DNA of 5,007 nucleotides from a virus: IMG/VR virus record IMGVR_UViG_3300045988_006078, positions 1 to 5,007 of that record; one strand, 5' to 3'. Shown piece by piece: positions 1 to 4,410 of this stretch (position 1 is its first letter; each line of letters starts with the position of its first letter). The notes under the pieces were generated by a model. It saw only the letters and a program-made list of their open reading frames with translations, ran no database searches and was not told where the DNA came from. The position numbers and the translations under genes were made by a program.

Positions 1-95
1 CTTTTTTTTCAGATATCTCAACGATTTGCGCACGGGTACACACCGGAACCAGTTACTTACTTGATGTAACTGGTTCCGGTGACACCCCGATGCAC
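1..95. repeat. Terminal direct repeat, copy 1 (circular-genome overlap)
   Basis: Bases 1-95 (cttttttttcagatatctcaacg...caccccgatgcac) are identical base for base to 4913-5007. Confidence 0.97.
41..81 (+). promoter_or_regulatory. Perfect 16-bp stem / 9-nt loop hairpin; candidate replication origin (repeated at 4953-4993 through the terminal overlap)
   Basis: 41-56 caccggaaccagttac is the exact reverse complement of 66-81 gtaactggttccggtg. The loop at 57-65 is ttacttgat. The hairpin lies in the largest non-coding region and is not followed by a T-run, so it is not a typical terminator. The structure is certain; the function is inferred. Confidence 0.6.
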
Positions 96-113
96 GTGCG
101 GGTATCCAACGCG

Positions 114-156
114 TTGCTCGAATGTTTGCTTTCTCCTTGCTTTGTGGTATATGCTT
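114..156 (+). repeat. Four phased TTGCT-type hexamers (TTGCTC 114-119, TTGCTT 126-131, TTGCTT 137-142, aTGCTT 151-156)
   Basis: I read these directly from the sequence. Start-to-start spacings are 12, 11 and 14 nt, roughly one helical turn, within the non-coding region upstream of VP1. Confidence 0.5.
126..153 (+). promoter_or_regulatory. Candidate sigma70-type promoter for the VP1 operon
   Basis: The -35 is TTGCTT (126-131), followed by a 16-nt spacer and an extended -10 TGgTATATG (145-153). It sits about 120 nt upstream of the VP1 ATG. This is a motif match only. Confidence 0.3.
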
Positions 157-203
157 TGCCCTACGGTGATAAAGCTTTTTGAGTTTTGGTTTTAGAGCCG
201 TAA

Positions 204-249
204 GGCGATCGGTTCGATGAGAGGGCTTTCTGAACTGGTCGCCTTTTTT
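204..249 (+). terminator. Terminator/attenuator-like hairpin plus T6 in the VP1 leader
   Basis: 204-215 ggcgatcggttc pairs with 232-243 gaactggtcgcc, giving 12 pairs of which 2 are G-U wobbles in RNA. The loop is 16 nt and is followed by tttttt at 244-249. The element ends 25 nt before the VP1 start. Confidence 0.4.
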
Positions 250-274
250 GTTATCTATAGCTATGGATTTTTAG

Positions 275-1945
275 ATGTCATCAGTTAATCGTTCTACTCA
301 GCATCTGTTTTCTCAGATTCCTTCAACGCAAATTCCTCGATCTGTTTTTGACAGATCTCATGGATATAAGACGACTTTTAATTCTGGTTATCTTGTACCC
401 TTTTACGTTGACGAAGTACTTCCTGGCGATAGTTTTAAGCTGACTGCTACGCTCTTTGCTCGTTTGGCTACTCCAATTGTTCCGTTTATGGATAATCTTT
501 ATTTGGAGACTTTCTTCTTCTTTGTTCCCAATCGCCTCGTTTGGGATAATTGGCAGAAGTTCAATGGTGAGCAGAAGAATCCCGCTGACTCTACGGACTT
601 TTTGATTCCTACGGTTTCTGGTACGAATGTTCAGAATCAAACGCTTTGGGATTATTTCGGTCTTCCGACGAATGTTAATGAAGCTTTGAAAGTAAATGCG
701 CTTCCTTTCCGCGCTTACAATCTTATTTTCAATGAGTGGTTTAGAGACGAGAATCTTCAGGAATCTTTGAAAGTTCCGACTGGTGATGGTCCAGATAATC
801 TTTCTGACTATGGTCTTGTTCGTCGTGGCAAGCGTCACGACTATTTCACATCATGTCTGCCTTGGCCTCAAAAAGGGCCCGGCGTTGAAATTTCTATTGG
901 TGGTAGTGCTAATGTTACTGGGTCAATATCTTCTTGGCCAGGTGAAATTTCTTATAATATGACGGCGACAAACGGAGCTACTGTTAAGCCTTCCACAGTT
1001 TCTTTGAAACTCTATCCAGAAACTTTTTCGGTTTCAACTGGTAATTCGACAGAAGCTTCTTTTGGTCAGTTTCATTTTTTATCTCCGGATTTTTCTGTTA
1101 AAACCTCTCGAGGTAATGTTGATGTTACTGCTACGCGCGGTGACCTTAGTGGTTTTGGCTTTTCTGGCAAAGCTGATCTTTCATCTGCTGTTCCAATTTC
1201 AATCAACGACCTCCGCCAAGCCTTCCAGGTCCAAAAGCTCTATGAACGCGATGCTCGCGGTGGTACGCGATATACAGAAATTCTTCGCTCTCACTTTGGT
1301 GTGATCTCGCCTGATGCACGTCTCCAGCGTCCTGAGTATCTCGGCGGTTCGTCTGCTCGTATTTCGATCAATCCTGTCCAGCAGACGTCTTCTACGAATG
1401 AGACGACGCCGCAAGGTAATTTGGCTGCTTACGGTGTAGTCTCAGATAGTTTCCATGGCTTCTCGAAGTCCTTTGTCGAGCATGGTTACGTCTTTGGCTT
1501 TGTGAATGTCCGTGCTGATTTGACGTATCAGCAGGGTCTTAATCGCATGTGGTCCCGTCAAGGTCGTTTTGACTTCTATTGGCCTGTGCTCGCCCATCTT
1601 GGCGAACAAGCTGTTCTCAACAAAGAGATCTACGCGCAAGGTACTGCTGACGACGATAAGGTTTTTGGTTATCAGGAACGTTATGCCGAGTATCGCTATT
1701 ACCCTGGACAGATCACTGGTAAGTTCCGTTCGACCGATCCGCAGCCCCTTGACAGTTGGCATCTTGCTCAGAAGTTTTCTTCGTTGCCGACTCTTTCGTC
1801 GCAATTCATTCAAGATACTCCGCCCGTGGAGCGTGTAATTGCTGTTCAGGATGAGCCGCAGTTCCTGTTTGACTCGTATATTCGTTTGAAGTGTGCTCGT
1901 CCGATGCCTGTGTATTCAGTGCCTGGCTTGGTTGATCACTTCTAA
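275..1945 (+). CDS. VP1: Major capsid protein VP1 (Microviridae F-type capsid protein)
   Basis: This is a 556-aa ORF. The blocks IPRSVFDRSHGYKTTFNSGYLVPFYVDEVLPGDSF near the N-terminus and INDLRQAFQVQKLYERDARGGTRYTEILRSHFGV mid-protein are hallmark conserved regions of gokushovirus VP1 (Pfam Phage_F expected). A long variable insertion lies between them. It is the largest gene, as expected for this family. Confidence 0.95.
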   Translation: MSSVNRSTQHLFSQIPSTQIPRSVFDRSHGYKTTFNSGYLVPFYVDEVLPGDSFKLTATLFARLATPIVPFMDNLYLETFFFFVPNRLVWDNWQKFNGEQKNPADSTDFLIPTVSGTNVQNQTLWDYFGLPTNVNEALKVNALPFRAYNLIFNEWFRDENLQESLKVPTGDGPDNLSDYGLVRRGKRHDYFTSCLPWPQKGPGVEISIGGSANVTGSISSWPGEISYNMTATNGATVKPSTVSLKLYPETFSVSTGNSTEASFGQFHFLSPDFSVKTSRGNVDVTATRGDLSGFGFSGKADLSSAVPISINDLRQAFQVQKLYERDARGGTRYTEILRSHFGVISPDARLQRPEYLGGSSARISINPVQQTSSTNETTPQGNLAAYGVVSDSFHGFSKSFVEHGYVFGFVNVRADLTYQQGLNRMWSRQGRFDFYWPVLAHLGEQAVLNKEIYAQGTADDDKVFGYQERYAEYRYYPGQITGKFRSTDPQPLDSWHLAQKFSSLPTLSSQFIQDTPPVERVIAVQDEPQFLFDSYIRLKCARPMPVYSVPGLVDHF

Positions 1946-1954
1946 GGAGTTGTT

Positions 1955-2017
1955 ATGGCTTTAGTTATTTGGCTTGCCGTTGTTGGTACGGTAGTTATTT
2001 TTGCTTTAGGACAGTGA
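1955..2017 (+). CDS. Hypothetical 20-aa hydrophobic membrane micropeptide (MALVIWLAVVGTVVIFALGQ)
   Basis: It is not in the ORF track because it is too short. A consensus AAGGAG at 1944-1949 lies 5 nt upstream of ATG 1955. The stop TGA at 2015-2017 is one base before the VP2 ATG at 2019. The peptide has no charged residues and is long enough for a single transmembrane helix. Confidence 0.5.
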   Translation: MALVIWLAVVGTVVIFALGQ

Positions 2018-2018
2018 T

Positions 2019-2618
2019 ATGGGATTCGGTTGGGCGGAAGCCGCTGGTGCGGTTGCTAATTTAGGCAGTTCTGCGTTGGCTTCTTATGTCAATTGGAAGC
2101 ATCAGAAAGAGGTTATGAAGAATCGACATCAATGGGAAGTCGAAGATCTTCGTAAGGCAGGTCTCAATCCGATTCTTTCCGCTGGCGGTCAAGGCGCTTC
2201 TGGTAATGCTCCGGTACTTGAGCCGGTGGACGTTGCTGGTGCTATGCACTCTGGTGCTGATAAAGAACTTAAAGAAGCTCAGGCTAAGCAGGTTGAAGTT
2301 CAGAATTCTGCTTTAGCTGCGGACACTGAGCTTAAGAAAGCTCAGACTGAAGTTGCTAAAGAAGCCTCAACACTCACTTATGCTCAGGCTGTCGGTCAAG
2401 GTTGGCAGAATCGCATATACGATGAGACCTTGAAGCAAGCTCAGAATGCTACTGAGAATTCTGCTTTGGCTACTGAGCGGAATAAGATGGTTTTTGACTA
2501 TATGAAGCAGAATCCTGCGGCTTGGAAAGCAGGTCAGTTTATGCAGTTGCTTAATCCTTTTGGAACTGCTGCGCCAGTTGTTAACTCCGCTGTTGGTGCC
2601 GCTCGTCTTGCGAAATGA
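2019..2618 (+). CDS. VP2: Minor capsid / DNA pilot protein VP2
   Basis: The protein is 199 aa. A Gly/Ala-rich N-terminus is followed by NRHQWEVEDLRKAGLNPILS, a block characteristic of gokushovirus VP2. The centre is Ala/Gln/Lys/Glu-rich and coiled-coil-like. AGGA at 2008-2011 lies 7 nt upstream of the ATG, and the gene sits directly after VP1. Confidence 0.85.
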   Translation: MGFGWAEAAGAVANLGSSALASYVNWKHQKEVMKNRHQWEVEDLRKAGLNPILSAGGQGASGNAPVLEPVDVAGAMHSGADKELKEAQAKQVEVQNSALAADTELKKAQTEVAKEASTLTYAQAVGQGWQNRIYDETLKQAQNATENSALATERNKMVFDYMKQNPAAWKAGQFMQLLNPFGTAAPVVNSAVGAARLAK

Positions 2619-2713
2619 TAGATACGATCCTTAAGTTCGTTAATGTTTTGCTGAACTCTGGTTCAGCTATTTGGGAAGCCTTTAAGGCTATTAAGAAACT
2701 TTTTAAAAAGTGA
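2615..2713 (+). CDS. Hypothetical 32-aa cationic amphipathic peptide (MIDTILKFVNVLLNSGSAIWEAFKAIKKLFKK)
   Basis: It is not in the ORF track. ATG 2615-2617 overlaps the VP2 stop TGA 2616-2618 as ATGA, a translational-coupling arrangement. Its own stop, TGA 2711-2713, overlaps the GAGG RBS (2712-2715) of the next gene. It has 6 Lys against 1 Asp and 1 Glu, and a C-terminal amphipathic helix pattern. Confidence 0.45.
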   Translation: MIDTILKFVNVLLNSGSAIWEAFKAIKKLFKK

Positions 2714-2720
2714 GGTTTAT

Positions 2721-2843
2721 ATGTCTCGTCGTCGTCATAAGCTTTCTCGTAAGGCATCTAAGCGTATTTTCCGTAAAGGTGCATCACGTACGAAGACTTT
2801 GAATGCTCGTGCTGTGCCAATGCGCGGCGGTTTCCGCATTTAA
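2721..2843 (+). CDS. VP8: Small basic DNA-binding/packaging protein (J-like, gokushovirus VP8/ORF8 type), 40 aa
   Basis: It is not in the ORF track. The sequence is MSRRRHKLSRKASKRIFRKGASRTKTLNARAVPMRGGFRI. It is extremely Arg/Lys-rich and has the C-terminal PMRGGxRI-type ending seen in gokushovirus ORF8 proteins. GAGG at 2712-2715 lies 5 nt upstream of the ATG, and the gene follows VP2 as in related genomes. Confidence 0.8.
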   Translation: MSRRRHKLSRKASKRIFRKGASRTKTLNARAVPMRGGFRI

Positions 2844-2918
2844 GCGTTAACCCTTGTTACCTGTCGCAGTCGTCATAGTTATCATTTTGAGCATCTTAAT
2901 TTCATTTGGAACTTCGCT

Positions 2919-3149
2919 ATGGCTACTGCGGCTTTTCGTTTGACTCTCAAAGACTTTGGCGTCTGCTGGCTCATTCCTGGCGAGGAAAGCTACGTTGGTC
3001 GTCGCAAGTTGGTGACTTGGACGCTTTATCGCGATCGCCCTTGGGTCGCTCTTTGTTCATTTCAGGTTCGTTCTCGTTCTTCTCGTGAGACGATTCTTCG
3101 TGAGCTTCATATTGCCTGTTTGGAAAAATGCCTTGCTTTCACCCGATAA
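2919..3149 (+). CDS. Hypothetical 76-aa protein, Trp/Arg-rich, overlapping the VP4 start by 22 nt
   Basis: The ORF starts with ATG. By my hand count 37 of its 76 codons end in T and it uses cgt/gct/tct/ctt heavily, matching the codon bias of the canonical genes. The competing frame at 2906-3088 is rich in tcg/cga and does not match. I see no strong SD upstream and recognise no family. Confidence 0.45.
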   Translation: MATAAFRLTLKDFGVCWLIPGEESYVGRRKLVTWTLYRDRPWVALCSFQVRSRSSRETILRELHIACLEKCLAFTR

Positions 3150-4045
3150 CGGCTTATCGACTTGCCGGATCTAAGACTAAAGACGGTACTCGTAACGCTG
3201 TAACCTTTGATCCGTCTAAAGCTATTCCTTTTTCTGAGTTCAAAATTCCTTGCGGCCAATGTATTGGTTGCAGGCTTTCTAAGTCTCGTGAATGGGCCGC
3301 TCGATGTGTTGTTGAAGCTAAGTCACATAAGAACAACATGTTTCTTACGCTGACTTATGATGATGCTCATTTGCCTGCCGATGGCTCACTTCATTACGAG
3401 CATTTTCAGCTGTTCATGAAGCGCATGCGTAAGTACTTCATGAGTCGTTTTGGTCAACAGCTTCGCTTTTTTATGTGTGGTGAATATGGCGATAAGCTTG
3501 GCCGTCCTCACTATCACGCCATCATTTTTGGCGTTACTTTTGTAGATAAACAGCTCTGGTCGATTCGTCGAGGCAATAACTTATATCGTAGCCGTACGCT
3601 TGAGAAACTTTGGCCTTATGGCTTTAGTTCGATTGGTTCAGTCAACTTTGAGACTGCCGCTTATGTTGCTCGTTATGTTACGAAGAAAATTACAGGTCCT
3701 TTGAAGCTTGAGCATTACGACGGTAAGGTTGCTGAATTTTGTCATTGCTCGCTTAAACCTGGCATTGGTCATGACTTTTGTGAAAAGTACATGACTGATA
3801 TTTATACTAATGATCGACTTATTCTTAGCGAGAAGATTATGATGAATCCTCCAGCTTATTTTGATAAGTTGTTGGAGCGTTCTGATATTGTTCGTTATGA
3901 AGAGATTAAGCGTCTTCGCGAAAAGCGAGGTCGTGATTTTGAAGATACTGGCGAAGCTTCGCCGCAACGTCTCTCAGTTCGTGAACGCGTCCAAGAACTG
4001 AAAGCCGCTAAACTCAGACGCGTTATGGAAGAGAATCAATCATGA
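3128..4045 (+). CDS. VP4: Rolling-circle replication initiator protein VP4 (HUH endonuclease, phiX174 A-like)
   Basis: The protein is 305 aa and has a Cys cluster CGQCIGC. Motif 1 is FLTLTY (aa 72-77). The HUH motif HYH falls at aa 128-130 (nt 3509-3517) within RPHYHAIIFG. A double catalytic Tyr motif, YVARYVTKK, has Y179 at nt 3662-3664 and Y183 at nt 3674-3676. Pfam Phage_GPA is expected. Confidence 0.95.
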   Translation: MPCFHPITAYRLAGSKTKDGTRNAVTFDPSKAIPFSEFKIPCGQCIGCRLSKSREWAARCVVEAKSHKNNMFLTLTYDDAHLPADGSLHYEHFQLFMKRMRKYFMSRFGQQLRFFMCGEYGDKLGRPHYHAIIFGVTFVDKQLWSIRRGNNLYRSRTLEKLWPYGFSSIGSVNFETAAYVARYVTKKITGPLKLEHYDGKVAEFCHCSLKPGIGHDFCEKYMTDIYTNDRLILSEKIMMNPPAYFDKLLERSDIVRYEEIKRLREKRGRDFEDTGEASPQRLSVRERVQELKAAKLRRVMEENQS

Positions 4046-4332
4046 TCCTTAAGGTTTTTTCCGTTTTCGACTCTAAACTTCAGGTTTTTAATACGCCGTT
4101 CTTCAGCCGTTCTGTAGCTGATGCATCTCGGTCTTTCTCTGATCTCGCTCGTGATAGTCGTACGACTGTTGGTCAGCATCCCGCCGATTTCTTTCTTTAT
4201 GAGATCGGTCAGTACTCTGATGAGACTGGAGAGCTTGTAGCTTCTGCTCCGACCCAGATTGCCGCCGCGACTGCTTTCGTTTCTGCGATTGAGGACCCCA
4301 AAGCGGCCGCGCCTGCTAAGGCTGAAGTCTAA
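4042..4332 (+). CDS. VP5: Small non-structural protein VP5 (C-like, ssDNA synthesis/packaging role proposed for the family)
   Basis: The protein is 96 aa. Its start overlaps the VP4 stop as ATGA. The N-terminal KVFSVFDSKLQVFNTPFF...A..R.F pattern resembles gokushovirus VP5/ORF5 proteins, and the position immediately after VP4 is conserved. Confidence 0.8.
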   Translation: MILKVFSVFDSKLQVFNTPFFSRSVADASRSFSDLARDSRTTVGQHPADFFLYEIGQYSDETGELVASAPTQIAAATAFVSAIEDPKAAAPAKAEV

Positions 4333-4348
4333 GTACAGACGCGGCCGC
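4303..4348 (+). other. 9-bp all-G/C hairpin formed by two GCGGCCGC octamers, enclosing the VP5 stop codon
   Basis: 4303-4311 gcggccgcg pairs perfectly with 4340-4348 cgcggccgc. The 28-nt loop contains the VP5 TAA at 4330-4332. Confidence 0.6.
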
Positions 4349-4369
4349 AATACGGAGATTCTTCTAATC

Positions 4370-4397
4370 AGTCCTTGCGTAGTGCGAGGACTTTTTT
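4370..4397 (+). terminator. Intrinsic-terminator-like hairpin plus T-run between VP5 and VP3
   Basis: Stem 4370-4378 agtccttgc pairs with 4384-4392 gcgaggact, giving 9 pairs with one G-U. The loop is 5 nt (gtagt), and T's run through 4397. Confidence 0.5.
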
Positions 4398-4410
4398 ATA
4401 TGGAGCTTAT

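Noticed and set aside
11-18. 8-bp palindrome AGATATCT just after the main terminator
   Set aside because: It is short and AT-rich, so it is expected by chance. There is no second copy and no associated structure.
90-182. 30-codon ORF (MHVRVSNALLECLLSPCFVVYALPYGDKAF) in the non-coding region, and a 23-codon ORF at 217-288
   Set aside because: Neither has a Shine-Dalgarno upstream. They overlap predicted regulatory structures (promoter-like repeats and the leader hairpin). Unlike the 1955 and 2615 micro-ORFs, they show no coupling to neighbouring genes.
263-274. Three-codon mini-ORF (ATG GAT TTT TAG) ending directly at the VP1 ATG
   Set aside because: It is too short to evaluate and plausibly arises by chance. 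At most it could be a re-initiation quirk for VP1. I have no evidence either way.
1136-1144. RGD tripeptide (aa 288-290) in the VP1 variable loop
   Set aside because: A tripeptide is expected by chance in a 556-aa protein. Integrin-type RGD recognition has no known relevance to a bacterial host.
1569-1838. 89-aa +1-frame ORF inside VP1
   Set aside because: I saw no RBS. The product is basic and low-complexity with no clear domain or transmembrane architecture. It lies over a conserved part of VP1. It is most simply a compositional open frame.
2854-2881. Promoter-like TTGTTA (2854-2859), 16-nt spacer, TAGTTA (2876-2881) upstream of the 76-codon ORF and VP4
   Set aside because: The match to consensus is weak, especially at -10, and I cannot distinguish it from background in a T-rich sequence. 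I note it only as a possible internal promoter to test by 5' RACE.
2906-3088. 60-aa + strand ORF overlapping the 2919-3149 ORF
   Set aside because: It has a TTG start with no RBS, and its tcg/cga-rich codon usage is unlike the rest of the genome. The 2919 frame fits the genome's T-ending codon bias much better.
4375-4410. Upstream TTG start extending VP3 to 155 aa
   Set aside because: The TTG lies inside the stem of the 4370-4397 terminator hairpin and has no RBS. ATG 4411 has GGAG at 4402-4405 with 5-nt spacing, and the conserved VP3 sequence begins after it.
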